A stretch of 64,000 bases of DNA from Phaeosaccion multiseriatum. Taxonomy: Eukaryota; Protista; Ochrophyta, other classes. The notes under the pieces were generated by a model. The model saw only the letters and a list, made by a program, of their open reading frames with translations, was not told where the DNA came from and did not search any database. The translations under genes and the position numbers were made by a program. This document shows positions 1-13,300 of this stretch, piece by piece. Position 1 is the stretch's first letter. Each line of letters opens with the position of its first letter. The DNA lies in assembly GCA_965112735.1 (NCBI GenBank), contig OZ218959.1, positions 2,294,001 through 2,358,000 on the forward strand, written 5' to 3'.

Positions 1-58
1 CAAAGGCATCGGATACCCCTCTCCTTGCAGAAGCCTCTCGCTGCCCTGCCGTACTCAC

Positions 59-1038
59 TTGCACTCATGGTCATCCACGTCTTGCACATTCAGCTCCACC
101 CAGAGCTCTTGCTCCTCCTGTTGGCGCTTGTAGGCATAGCTGTTCTTCCGAGCCGCCATCGCACGCTCCGATTCCTTCTTCTTGTATCCTACCTGCAGGG
201 TTGTTGTGTGTGCGTTGCAAGACGAGCACGAGAGCGGACAGAGAGAGGGACAGAGAGGGAGAGAGTGTGTGTGAGAGAGAGAGGTTGTCAAGAACGAGGG
301 CGAGAGTGACACACAGGCGCGCACGGCGTGGGACCTAGCTCTACACGTGCTGGAAGGTTTAGGCGTTAGGCCTCACTCTCGCACCCACCCAACCATCTAC
401 CCACCCACCCACCTGCTGTACAACTGGAGCGGTCTTGGCCTTCTCCTTCTCCTCCTCCTCGTCCAGGTCAACTTCCACCTCTACGTCTCTAGCGTCATCC
501 ACGTGCTGAAAGGTCGGCCTCATTTGCATGATGGAATGTACAGGGGTGAGGAAGAGCTTATTGTCCTCCACAACACCCACTGCATAGTTGGTCACGGGCT
601 TCAGGGCGACTCCCGACGACTTGACAGTCGCCAGGCGTAAGTGTGCCGGGGCCTGGTTGTCGTAGTTCTTGCCATAGTCCATGATGGAGTGCTCGACCTA
701 GAGAGACAGAGAGGTACAGAGAGAGAGAGAGAGGCGGGGGAGGCAGGGCTGAGTGTCCACCACTTGCTTCCTTCCTCAGTGCAGGTAGCTAGCCTGCTTA
801 GGATAGATACACATGGTAGGATAGTGTACGTCTTGCGGCCTACCCTCCCTGCAGCTACCTCTCTACTGACCTCGAGGAGCGCGTTCTTCGGCTTAGCTCT
901 CGCCTTAACTGGGGGCTCCAGCGCCCGGTCCCTGGGCCTCAATGGATACTGCAGCAGATACAGGCGCTCTCGCATGCCTTGTGAGATCACCACATCCATC
1001 TCCCGCACCACGGGGTCGTCGTCCTCCGTGGAAGGCAT
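59..1038 (-). CDS. RPC5: RNA polymerase III subunit RPC5 (POLR3E/Sin-like), 5' part; gene runs off the window start
   Basis: Exons 1038-871, 697-413 and 192-59 join in frame at GT-AG boundaries: MPSTEDDDPVVREMDVVISQ..LYLLQYPLRP..TNYAVGVVEDNKLFLTPVHSIMQMRPTFQHVD. The DDPVV.E.DV, LYLLQYPLRP and QMRP.F.H.D motifs are typical of RPC5. Confidence 0.9.
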
Positions 1039-1975
1039 CCCCGACCTGCGACTACAAGATTAAAAAAACCCTTCTGGATCCTGCTTTTACAGCGCCATAC
1101 GAGGAAACTTTCGAGCCCCCGCTGCAAGAAGAAGAGCCTAGGAAAGAGGGGCTGCTGCTGCGATGGCTGCTTGACCCCTGATGTCGATGTCGAAACATTG
1201 TCGAGTACTCGTATTGCTTGGGCCCAGGCCCGATCGTTAACCGTCGACAAATACTTGTACTTATCCCAGGTGAGGTATACCGCGTCCATTCTTGCCCGTC
1301 AATCAGAGGTGCGGCAGCATATTGTTGTGCTTACACTTGGCTCATGCTGGGCGTTTTCTCGCGGGTTGGTTGGGCGCTTTGCTGTCTGGATGAAGAATTT
1401 TCTTCTCTCTTTCATTTGCCTTTTTTCTGTCTCACCTATACTGCTGCCAGCCTGATGCGTGGACTATTGAATGTCTTTGTCCCCGGATGAGTCATGGGAA
1501 TGGGGAAGCTGGTGCCGTGGAATACGCACTTGCCACGGCGCCTGGGATAGCAGCAAGACACTGGCAGCTATTCCCACCGGTCGTGACCTCCGCCTGTGCA
1601 ATCCTGTTGCAGACTCATATGCGTGTAGGCAATAGGCAGGAACTGGTCTTTATAGAAAAGGAAAGGTTCTCGCCGTGCCTCGATCTAGCATGCAGGACTT
1701 TTCTCCGTGGGAAGGAAGGAAGGCGCTGTGAAGACAGAGCCACATGTGCCTGTGAGTCCTTCCTTGCTGTCCTTCTGACCCCCGCTGCGCTCCTTGCCCC
1801 CTTCTTTCTCTCTCTCTCTCGTGGTCTCCCATATGCACACACCGATGCTCTCGATCGCTTGATGTTCTCCTCCAGAAGCCGTAGCTTAGGCATACTGAAA
1901 AGACAAAGACGAGGAGCCGGAGAAGTTTCTCATACACACAGTTAGTCACAGCAACCGTTAGTAAATCAATCCACC

Positions 1976-3529
1976 ATGGGGCTTCTCACACTGCTCCGGA
2001 AGCTGAAGCGATCAGATCAGGAGGCACGTATTCTGGTGCTGGGGCTGGACAACGCGGGAAAGACGACAATCCTAAAGAAACTGTCCGAGGAGGACATCAC
2101 CCACATTATGCCCACGCAAGGCTTCAACATCAAGAGCCTCATGCACGACGGCTTCAAGCTGAACGTGTGGGACATTGGAGGCCAAAAGTCTATCCGCCCG
2201 TACTGGAGGAACTACTTTGACCAAACTGATGCGCTGGTGAGTTGGTGGGGGGTGAGTGAGTGGAGTGGGTGGGTGAGTGCGTGGGTTGGTGAGTGACTGG
2301 GTAAGTGACTGGGCGAGTTAGTGGGCGTATGAGCGGGTGAGTGGGTGAGTGAATGATAGAGGGAAGGAGGGGGGGATGGAGCGATGAGTACGTGAGTGGG
2401 TGAGTACTTGAGTGAGTGAGTGGCTGCGTGGCTGAGTAGGTAGGTGAGTGAGTGGGTGAGTGAATGAGTGAGTGGGTGAATGAGGGAGTGAGTAAGTGAG
2501 TGAGAGAGTGAGCGAGTAAGGGGCTGAGTGAGTGAGTGAGTGAGTGAGTGAGTGAGTGAGTGAGTGAGTGAGTGAGTATGTGAGTGAGTGAGTGAGTGAG
2601 TGAGTGAGTGAGTGAGTGAGTGAGTGAGTGAGTGAGTGAGTGAGTGAGTGAGTGAGTGAGTGAGTGAGTGAGTGAGTGAGTGAGTGACCACCTCCTTTGA
2701 GGTCAGGACATATGCGTTTCTGTGCCCTGTGCATTCGTATCCTTAGTGTCAGGAATCACTGCTTTTTGGACATCACAGAATCACACATTGGCTTTGTTAT
2801 CTCCCCCCTCTCTCCTCCCTCATCCGTGTCCTCTCCTTCTTACTCTTTCCGCCGCATCGGGTCTCTCGTCCCTCGTCTCCTCCTCCTCCTCCTCCTCCTC
2901 CTCCTCCTCCTCCTCCTCCTCCTCCTCCTCCTCCTCCTCCTCCTCCTCCTCCTCCTCCTCCTCCTCCTCCTGCTCCTCCTCCTCCTCCTCCTCCTCCTCC
3001 TCCTCCTCCTCCTCCTCCTCCTCCTCCTCCTCCTCCTCCTCCTCCTCCTCCTCCTCCTCCTCCTCCTCCTCCTCCTCCTCCTCCTCCTCCTCCTCCTCCT
3101 CCTCCTCCTCCTCCTCCTCCTCCTGCTCCTCCTCCTCCTCCTCCTCCTTCTCCTCCTCCTCCTCCTCCTCCTCCTCCTCCTCCTCCTTCTCCTCCTCCTC
3201 CTCCTCCTCCTCCTCCTCCTCCTTAGATCTACGTCATCGACTCAGCCGACAAGCGACGAATGGACGAGACTGGGGTTGAGCTCGGTCAGCTGTTGGAGGA
3301 GGACAAGCTGAGCGGGGTGCCCGTGCTCATCTTCGCCAACAAACAGGACTTACTCTCCGCCCTGCCTCCAGATGAGATTAGCGAGGGCCTGCAGCTCACT
3401 TCGATTCGCGACCGCACCTGGGTGGTACAAGCCTGCTCGGCCAAGACGGGCGAGGGGCTACAGGAAGGCATGGAGTGGATAGTTGCCAACATGAACGAGG
3501 GGGGGGGCGATGGAGAAGAGAAGGGGTAA
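1976..3529 (+). CDS. ARL3: ADP-ribosylation factor-like GTPase 3 (ciliary Arf-like GTPase), 2 exons
   Basis: Exon 1 1976-2236 [53 protein letters not shown]; exon 2 3227-3529 [37 protein letters not shown] intron. Divergent from RPC5. Confidence 0.95.
2237..3226 (+). repeat. ARL3 intron filled with (GTGA)n (~2240-2690) and (CCT)n (~2875-3222) microsatellites
   Basis: Directly visible simple repeats; source of the SLTH, poly-L and poly-S ORFs. Confidence 0.95.
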
Positions 3530-4355
3530 AAGAGGAGGGGAGGGGGGGGGGGGCGCTGCGGAGGGAGAGAGAGGAGCTCCACCGGATCGGTGCCCTGCGT
3601 GCGGCGAAGCGTGCAGCCGATGAACGGAGGCGCAAGAGCAGCAGTTGGTGATACAGCAGCAGCCTCAGTAGTGCCAGCAGCACCAGCACCAGTCCAAGCA
3701 AAGCCGCCGTCATCGTAGCTCGAGTGGTAGGCTCTGTGAGCACAAAGGGCACAGGGGGGGTGACTAATCATGCCACCTCAGTTGCTCGCTGCTGTTGCGG
3801 AGACGATGGTGGATTGGGGGAGAGAGGGGTAGGGGGGGGGGGGGGGTGGAAGGAGAGAAGCTGGGGTAGGGGGTGGGGAAGGGCGGGGCGGTAGACGAGC
3901 GCGCGAAGGATCGCACGTCAGCCGACAAAGAGAAGGCAGCAGAAGGCGACACTGTTACACAGTTACACAGTCTATGCTGTTTGGTTGTCGATAAGTGGTC
4001 GGGGCCTAATAGACTGAAACTGAGACTGCACCGTACAGTCTGGAAGGACTGAAAGAGCGACGCTACGGCGGCGACGGGGGCTTGGGAGGGGAATGCCTTA
4101 GGCTGCCTTCCTTCCTGTTTAAGTGCTTTGCTTCTGGGAAGAGAGGAACCAAATACTTCAAAAAAATAAGAAATGCACGTCGCAATTTCTGTCCCGCTTG
4201 AAGAAGCCTAAACTGTCCCGGGCACGGCCGCGGCTGCGAGAGCCACAACCGTACCTACGTCCTCCCCACTCTCTTCTGGTCTCATCGAGCCAAGCAAGCC
4301 ATTCTCTGTGTGTATCAAATCTGCGCTATTCTAAATTAAAATTTGTGTACGCTCT

Positions 4356-5169
4356 TCACTCCTCCTTCCTCTCCTTCCCTTTGCTCGCGCTCGCGGTCCC
4401 AGTCACCGCAACGGCTCCACCGCCACTGCCCTCCCCGGTGCTGCTGCTGCTGCTGCTGCTGCTGCCACCGCTCTTGGCGAGCAGAGAGCGGGCCTCTATA
4501 AGGATGGTGGCCGCTGCCCCCTGTACCTCCTCCGGCGTTGAGTGCCTCCCCACCGACAGACGCATCGTTCCCAACCCAACATCCCTGTCCACCCCCATGG
4601 CTTTCAGCACCGGTGAAACCGTCGCTACGCCGACGCCGCCGCCGCCGGAGTGACAAGCTGCCCCGGCAGAAGCCGCCACCTCGCGCTTGACGTTGGAGAG
4701 GAGCTGTGCCGCCAGAATGCCTCGGATACCGATGCTCAGCTGTGACGACGGGTACACATGCGACATACACATAACCACGCAAGCACACACACGATAAACT
4801 GGAGTTAGTTACGCCTCTCCTCCTCCTCCTCCTCCTCCTCCTCCTCCTCCTCCCGCTCCTCCTTCTCCCCCCTCCTCGCTCCTCCTCACCCGTCAATCCT
4901 CTTTCGTCACCCCCCCCTCCGTTCCTTCTCTCCCCTCACCGTGTTGGGCAGCCTCTGCAGCTCAGCTCCCTCCTCCTCCTCCTCCTCCAGCCCCTCCTCG
5001 TCCGGCCCGTTGACATGCACCAGCCCCGGTTCAAACCCCCCCTTGATCCTCTTCTGCAGATAGTCTCGCAGGAGCCGCATGTGAGCAGAGGTTTTTTCCA
5101 GCTCCTCCTCAGCCAGCTGAGCAGCCTTGCCCAGGCCTATGCACACACGCGCGCACGCACGCACACACA

Positions 5170-5222
<53 letters not shown>

Positions 5223-7709
5223 ACACACACACACACACACACATGTATAATCACGCCCACGCAAGCCCACGCACGCACGCACGTAAACACAAAGGGGGCA
5301 GAGGAGAGATAAGAGGGAAGAGAGGAGAGAGGATATAGGATGGAGCAGAGAGGAGAGGGCTGAGAGGGGAGAGGGGAGGTAAAGACACCGTAGTCATATA
5401 ATAACGAACGACCCACAGCACGCGTAGGGGAAAATAAATACGTTGTAAGACAGACGGAAAAAGATGGCAGGGAAACTCTTTTGCCGCTGAGCTCCCATCC
5501 ACTGCCATCTTGCTCCCTCCCCCTCTCTGTCCAAAGTCTCTGACCTACCAACTCCCATACCTGTGATGAGGAGAACGTTCTCTGTGCCGCCCCTCCTGCC
5601 CCCTTCCTGCCCCCCCCCGTGAAGGAAAGGCGGCACATCGATGCCGTCTCGCACGTACAACGCTGCCACGCCCTTGGGTGCTCCGAACTTGTGCCCCACG
5701 AGGGTCAACATGTCAACCCCCAGCTCGGAAACCTTGAGGCGAACCTTGCCTACGATGGGAAAGGGGTGGAGGAAGGAGGGCGGGCGGGGGGGGGTGGAGG
5801 GCGTCTGTTTTCCTGTCTCTGCCTGGAAGGAGCTTGAGCTCTAAAGGAGGAGGGGAGATACTGTCCTGACACTCCCTCCCCTGTCCTGACACCCCCTCTC
5901 CTGTCCTGACACCCTCTCTCTCTGTCCTGACACTCCCTCCCCTGTCCTGACACCCCCTCTCCTGTCCTGACACCCTCTCTCTCTGTCCTGACACCCTCTG
6001 TCTCTGTCCTGACACCCTCTCTCTCTGTCCTGACACCCTCTCTCCCTGTCCTGACACCCCAGCAACGAGGAGTCGCTGCAAAACTCCCCCCAGGGACGTG
6101 GCGCCTCACCTCCGTGGAGGGTTGCTTCTCCTCTCAACTCCTCACCACCTTACGTTACACCAACTCATAAAAGCTCACCACCGCATTACCCTTAGACAGC
6201 GTGCGTCACTACCCTGCTCCTCTTTCTCGTATGGCTCACGCACCTGCAGACTGGGCGGCGTCCGTGTGCACGAGAAGGCCCCCTTTGGAGAGCCCCTTGC
6301 ACGTCTCCGAGATGTCCTTCACCGGCTGCAGGGTGCCCACCTGATTTGTTTTGGTTGATGGTTGATAGTTGTGAGGTGGGTAATGGGGTTGGTACAGCGG
6401 TGAGGACAGGGGACACCCGTCCCCCCCCCCCCCCCCCCAACACACACACACATCACCTCATTGTTGGAGTGCATGATGGTGACGAGCACCGTCTCGGTTC
6501 TGCATGCCGCCTTGACGTCGCTCGGGGAAACTCTCCCCTCCCCGTCGCAGCCCACCAAGGTAACGCTTATGGTGCCCTCGGCCTCCAAGTACTTGAGGTA
6601 TGCGAGGATGGCGGGGTGCTCGATGGTGCTGGATACGACGTGGGGAAGGGGGCTGCCCCGGAGCTTGGCACAGCGCTTCTTGCCGGCGTGTACGGCTGTG
6701 GAATGGTTTTGTGTGTTTGTGTGTTTGTGTTTGTGGTTGGGGAGGGGTCGGGAGATTTCTTTCAGCAACTGGCGTCCTTTTCTTCTTCTTCTTCTTATGC
6801 GCAATACACACACGCACGCACGCACACATACACGCACGCGCAAACACACACACACACACACACTCATACCGATGGCAATGGCATGGTTGTCCGCCTCTGT
6901 GCCGCAGCTGGTGAAGATAATCTCTGACGTGCCACAGCCAAGCATGTCGGCAACTCTCTGCCGAGCGATGTTCACGGCCTGCTTGGTGAATAGACCCCAC
7001 ACGTGTGTGCTGCTTGGGTTTCCGAAGAACTCCCCCATAAAGGGTTTCATCTCCTTGGTCACCTCAGGGAAGATGGGGCTGGGTCAGGGAGGGAGGGTTG
7101 AACGATGGAACATGAGGCGCAAAGACAAGATCCTTGCAGTGGTAGGGGGTATCGATCTATGAGGTAAGTACACGTAAGGCTAGGATGTGAATGTGTGTGA
7201 CTGGGTGGAGGCTCGACTCGTTCTCTCTGGACAGAAGACACCTTACCTGGTGGCATTGTAGTCCAAGTAGCACACGTTGCGTTGGTCGGGAAAGGGGAGG
7301 GCCACTCCAACACCGCTGATTGGGTCTGGCATAGGGGGACGAGAGGGTAGTGGCAGCAGTTGAGGCTCGTCAGCGATGGCTTCCTCCCTCCCTTTCGTCC
7401 CGTCCCCCCCTCGCTCCTCTTCTCTTCCCCCTCTTCTTCTACCCCCCTTCTCGCCCACGTACCTAAGAAGAGCATAGTCCCAAGGGCGAGGATGCCCAGG
7501 AAACAGAAGAGACCGGCGAAGCAATAGGCCGCCATCAGGTAGCCATCAGCGGCTCCAGTGTGGTAAGCCGCGAGGAGGATGAAGATGGCGTGTGACAGGA
7601 ACGCGACGCCCACCGGATGGAGGAAGCCGGGGTTCAGCTTGGCCCATATCGCTTCCGTCATGCCCACCCATTTCCTCTCTAAGACCACAAACATGTGCAA
7701 CCAATCCAT
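4356..7709 (-). CDS. PLP-dependent cysteine desulfurase / selenocysteine lyase-like enzyme (class V aminotransferase) with hydrophobic N-terminal extension, 8 exons
   Basis: Exons 7709-7463, 7325-7247, 7078-6870, 6695-6457, 6340-6244, 5749-5561, 5136-4940, 4739-4356, all GT-AG and in frame. Motifs [51 protein letters not shown] (PLP Lys), [20 protein letters not shown] (catalytic Cys), RLSVGR. Confidence 0.9.
5861..6060 (+). repeat. Intronic minisatellite, ~10 copies of a ~20-bp unit CTGTCCTGACAC(C/T)C(T/C)CTC..
   Basis: Repeated ctgtcctgacac core inside the 5750-6243 intron. Confidence 0.9.
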
Positions 7710-7758
7710 TTTAGGAGATGATGGGATTTTATATCAGGCCTCTGTGTGCGTGTGTGCT

Positions 7759-7811
<53 letters not shown>

Positions 7812-8264
7812 CGCTCGCTAAACTACAGGTACAATAGGGGCCTTTTTTCCGTGTGCCGCCGAAGAACATACGCGGTAAAGGATATCAAGACCGGAGCCAA
7901 TACACCGCAAAGACGAGTTGGGTGTACGTTTTGACATCTGTGATCTGATCCGTTTGTTCCCCTTCACGACGCCGCCGCCCGAGGCAGTGCGCCTGGACGG
8001 TACAATCTCTTCTACACGCCCTAGCCAAGCACGTCGTCTCCCGTACCGGGTGCACCGGCTCTTCCACCACCAAGGTCCACGTTCTCTCCAAACTTCGACG
8101 CCTCATCAGCTGCAACCACCGCCTCCTTTTTTTTCTTTCCTTTAGGATAATGATGACTGTGCGCATGTCCATCCCGTGCTCCTCCCTCTGTTCCTCCACT
8201 GCCCCGTGCAACAACACAGACGCCTCCCTCCCTCGCTAGCTAGCCCAAGTCCACAGTTAGCGCC

Positions 8265-8873
8265 ATGAAGCTTAAGACGCCACTCTTCCTGGTTTTCCCC
8301 TCCCTCTTTGCCCTGGCCTCCGCCACATCGGACGGCGGGGGAGGCTCCTACGACGAGAGGTGCAAGGCCAACATCCGAATCTCACTACAACGTGACTGCT
8401 CCGTCCCTCTCCTCCCCAGCGTGAGTGTGCCTGCGGATGAGCACCAGCTCTTGTCGTTCGACGGATCGCGGTTGGACGCCTCTCTCGCTACTTCCCGTCC
8501 CTCGCTCGCCCCCCGTCTGTGCCCTTGCTTCGTCGCCTACGAAGCTCCCACGCACACACCCACGTCCAAGCCCGTGTGGCCAGATTACCTTACCCCTTCC
8601 CCGACGGCCCCCTGACCCGAGTCCGAGGTAAGGGGTCATTTCACTCTCCCTTCTGGCTTGGCGGAGAAGCTGCCTGCCGTTTCTCCGTCTGCTTTGATGT
8701 ATTGCGTGGCTGGCTGTTAGACGCTGCCACACCTTCTCTCCATGCATGCGGCTAATCCTCGCTCCCTCTCGCGCCTCTTGTCGTCGCAACTCACCCCATA
8801 TCCTGACCCTCGCTTCCTAACCCGCAAGTTTCTCCATCAGGCGCCCACGTGCAAGCCCGTCTGTGTAAAGAAG
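8265..8873 (+). other. Possible small secreted-protein gene or gene relic (signal-peptide-like start, several splice-donor-like sites); structure unresolved
   Basis: MKLKTPLFLVFPSLFALASA looks like a signal peptide; GTGAGT at 8421, GTAAGG ~8628 and GTAAGA ~8873 are donor-like; no recognisable domain. Confidence 0.3.
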
Positions 8874-8940
8874 GTAAGAAGACATCGAATTGGTCGCGTT
8901 TGGCGGCTGGTACTGAGTGCGAGGAACCCTAACTGCCCAT

Positions 8941-9404
8941 CTCCTCCTCCTCCTCCTCCTCCTCCTCCTCCTCCTCCTCCTCCTCCTCCTCCTCCTCCTC
9001 CTCCTCCTCCTCCTCCTCCTCCTCCTCCTCCTCCTCCTCCTCCTCCTCCTCCTCCTCCTCCTCCTCCTCCTCCTCCTCCTCCTCCTCCTCCTCCTCCTCC
9101 TCCTCCTCCTCCTCCTCCTCCTCCTCCTCCTCCTCCTCCTCCTCCTCCTCCTCCTCCTCCTCCTCCTCCTCCTCCTCCTCCTCCTCCTCCTCCTCCTCCT
9201 CCTCCTCCTCCTCCTCCTCCTCCTCCTCCTCCTCCTCCTCCTCCTCCTCCTCCTCCTCCTCCTCCTCCTCCTCCTCCTCCTCCTCCTCCTCCTCCTCCTC
9301 CTCCTCCTCCTCCTCCTCCTCCTCCTCCTCCTCCTCCTCCTCCTCCTCCTCCTCCTCCTCCTCCTCCTCCTCCTCCTCCTCCTCCTCCTCCTCCTCCTCC
9401 TCCT
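8941..9404 (+). repeat. (CCT)n microsatellite, ~460 bp
   Basis: Pure trinucleotide run. Confidence 0.97.
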
Positions 9405-10342
9405 CGTCGCTCCTCCTCCTCCTCCCCTCCTCCTTCTCCCCGCGCCTTCTTCCTGCGTGTCCGAGGCCTCCTACTGCTGTTACTGCTGCTGCTCTGCGGC
9501 GTGTAGCTACTGCGGTGCTGCCGCAGCCGCTCCTTCTTTTTTTTCTGAAAGAGGGACTGCCATCGTCGAGGCAGCGACCATCGCCACTTTTTGGAGAAGT
9601 CGATTTCCGTGGGAAATAGCCCTATTTTTCAATTGCTATTTTTCACCTATTATATTTTTATTTTTAGGCGAGGGGACCGCATTGAAAAAATAAAATTTGC
9701 CCACCTCAGAGCCGAACAGAAGCAAAAGAAGAAAAGAATTGAAGGAAGGAAAACAAAGCCACTCACGGACGGAGAGGAGAGAGGCGGGGTGGGGAGGGCG
9801 AGTGGAAGGGTCAAAAAGATTCGCTTCCCATGGTTGCCGACGGCTGCTTATGGTTCCTTCACGTGCTCTTGATACTGCTCTTGCAGATCTGTGGCGCGCA
9901 GCCACGGGAATGCTGCTGTTCTCTTGTGAGAGGTGGGGGAAGCCGGTTGAACGATGGAGAGCAATTTTGAATTTTGAGGGGGCTTCACACAAAAGGCAAA
10001 ATGTAGCTCCACATCGATCCACACACCTCTCCTCTACACACCTCTCCTCTGCTCCCCGCACCTTCCTCGGGCACTATTTGTCACCTATTTTATTTTTGGG
10101 CGAGAGGGGACCCGCCCGCCGCCGCCGCACCCCGCCGCCCGCATTCGCGGGAAATCAATAATTTTTTTAAAGTGTAAATTTTCAGAGCTGAACAGAAGCA
10201 AAAGAAAAAAAGAAGTAAAGGAAGGAAAACAAAAAGAAAGGGGGGGAGGCAGTGCATAGTAAGTAATACCTTGCTTGTCAGTACCATTGTGGTGAAAGAG
10301 AGAGAGAGTTTGTTGAAAGCAGCAACAGCCTCGCTGAGCGTC

Positions 10343-13300
10343 ATGAGATCTTTCCTCGGTGCCCTGCTGCTCAGCAGCAGTGGTTTCGTCTTTCAGGTGC
10401 GCGCAAGGCAAGGGGGCGAAGCGATGCTTGGATCACCCCTCCTCCCTTTTCTTCTCCTTCTTGAATGGTATCATCCAGCCCCTCTGCAGCGCACACCGAC
10501 GCGTGAGCGAGCCGGGTCTGGCTGGTGTGCTTTCTTGCCTGGGCAGTCAGCCAAAGTAACCTGCGTCCTCTCCTCCTTTTTTTCCGTCTCTCCCTCTTTC
10601 TTCCCGGCCGGGCCTGTTCACTGCCTACCCCATCTACTACTCGCTCAGCTCGCGTCGGCGGCGAGCGGCACCGCCGCCATCGTGGAACGAGCTCTACACC
10701 AGTCTGAACAAGACTGCTCTGCCCTATGCCTCAGGGAGAACCCTGCGGAGCCCTGCTTTGTGGATCCTTCCTGCGCGAGTGGAGGTGAGGAAAAAATGCC
10801 CGCACTTCTTACGCCCCTCTCAGCCCGCCCGCTCCTTCTCCTCAGGCAGCAGCAGCCATCACTACTCATCTCTAGAGTGCGAAGCTGCTGACCTTCTTCC
10901 GTGACCTGACTGTCCTCCCCTCCCCTGCCTATCCTGCTGCTCTCGCTCTGCCTAAATGCGCACCCATAGGCATCGGGTGCAATGCTGCGGGACTTGGGAC
11001 GGAATGTAGATTCTGCGGCTTCAGCATCTTTGATCCTTGCCCGGCAGCTGACGCATCGACGGGAGCCCCCTCCGCGGCACCTCCTTCCCCTGCGTCACCG
11101 ACAAGCCCTCCGAGCATCAGCACCTTGTCCCCTTCTTCTCCGGCACCAACCCCTCCGAGCGACGCAGGAGTAGGAGACAGTTGCACCGTACGCTGTCGGC
11201 AGGAGAATCCGGCGGAGCCTTGCTTCTTCGACCCTTCCTGTGCAAGTGGCGGTAAGTGACGTCATCACTACGCCAGCACCAGCCATCCGCCAGTCACTGT
11301 CTGCTGCTGCCCTTGCTTCCTTCTCCCTCTAAGGTCTGACCTTCCCCCCGCCCCTCCCCGCCCCTCCTCCCTGTCCTGCTGCTCTCACTCTGCCTAAATG
11401 GGCATCCACAGGCATCGGGTGCAATGCACGGGGTTTGGGAAGGGATTGTAGGTTTTGTGGCTTCAGCATCTTTGATCCGTGCCCAGACGCCTCACCTTCG
11501 ACCTCCCCTCCGACGCCTACTTCCGTGCCCGCCGCACCCACCACGCCTTCTGCTCCTGCGCCGACAAGAGCCCCAAGCAATGCAGGAGGAGGAGGAGGAG
11601 GAGTCGACGACGCCTGCTCTGCCCGCTGTCACTCCAGCGAACCATGCTTCCTGGATCCTCTGTGCCTGGACTGCGCTAGAGACCCTCGCTCTTGTAAGTA
11701 GTAGCACTAGCTAGATTGTACGCCGCCGCCAGCCATCCTGCTTTGTGTGCCTTCCTCACCCCGCCTTCGTTTTCATCATGTCAACTAGCGCTGCTCACCT
11801 CCTCGCTCTCTCATCATCATCGTCATGTACCTCCCCCCCCCCCTACCCGCATTCTCTTGATTCTCTTCAATGTCCATAGGCATCGGGTGCAATGCACGAG
11901 GGTTGGGACAGGAGTGTAGATTCTGTAACTTCTCCTTCTTCCCGGACTGCCCAGCGGTCGCCAATACGGTGACCCCGACATCGCCACCGACGCCAGCTCC
12001 AGTGGCCATCCACACCGCGACGCCAGCTCCAGTGGCCATCCCACCCACTCAGGTTTGAAGCGTATCCTCTCCGCCTTGGGCTCTAGTCTCCCTTGCCTTG
12101 CTTGCCTTCTTTCCTCTCTCCTCTTGTCTCCCGTATAGCTACTCTCCACATCAGCACCTTTAGCTAATCCTGACTGGCCCGGCAGACTATGATTCCTTCT
12201 CTCAGGCATGTATTCATTCCGTGGTACGTTTTCTTGCTGTGGCTGCTTCTGACGCGTAATGCATGCATCCATCATACTCCCATCGTCTGGTGCTCTCCCC
12301 CTGCCTGTCCTGCGTCGTCTCGCTCTCCCTCAGGCCCCAACCACCGTCGCTCCAACCACCACCCCTCCGACCCCCGCGCCCTCGACTTCAGTTCCGACTG
12401 CTGCTCGGACTCCGGTAGGTGATATGACGCGGTGTGCTCCTTTTCTCTCTCCTCTTTGTCTCCTCCCGTATACCCTCCACATCAGCATCTTTGATCCTTG
12501 CCCGGCAGACGATGATTCCTCCTCTCAGGCATGTATTCATTCCGTGGTACGTTTTCTTGCTGTGGCTGCTTCTGACGCGTAATGCATGCATCCATCATAC
12601 TCCCATCGTCTGGTGCTCTCCCCCTGCCTGTCCTGCGTCGTCTCGCTCTCCCTCAGGCCCCAACCACCGTCGCTCGCGAGTGCCTCGAGGAGGGGGCGGA
12701 GTGCTCGGCATCCTTCTTCTTCGAATCAGCTTGCTGCGGTGACTTGAGCGATTTCGGTGCCGGCGGCTTCTGCATCGGCGACGCCACTGGCACCGGCCCC
12801 TTCATTGGCACTTGCTCGGCGAGTCGTGGCCAAGAAGGGGAGAGCTGCACGGAAATTTTCGGCGGCTCCTGTGACGAAGACCTTCTTTGCGTGGAGGGTA
12901 GCTGCGCTGCACCAGGAGGTGAGGGGGAGAGCTGCACGGGAGGTTTAAGCTACGACAACACCTGTGTCGAAGACCTCCTTTGCGTGGACGGTAGCTGCGC
13001 TTCACCAGGAGGTGAGGGGGAGAGCTGCACGGGAGGTTTATTCACCAACACCTGTGTCGACGACCTCTTCTGCGTGGACGGTAGCTGCGCTTCACCACGA
13101 GGAGGTGAAGGGGAGAGCTGCACGGGAGGTTTATTCACCAACACCTGTGTCGAAGGCCTCCTTTGCCTGGAGGGTAGCTGCGCTGCACCAGGAGGTATTG
13201 GCGACAGGTGCGAGGTGGACGAATTGAACATCTTTATCGATACGTGCGACGCAGAAGTTATTCCGATGCTTTTCTGCATCGAGGGGACGTGCAGCGAGTG

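Noticed and set aside
1040-1975. ORFs between RPC5 and ARL3
   Set aside because: No recognisable homology or splice structure; treated as divergent promoter/UTR region.
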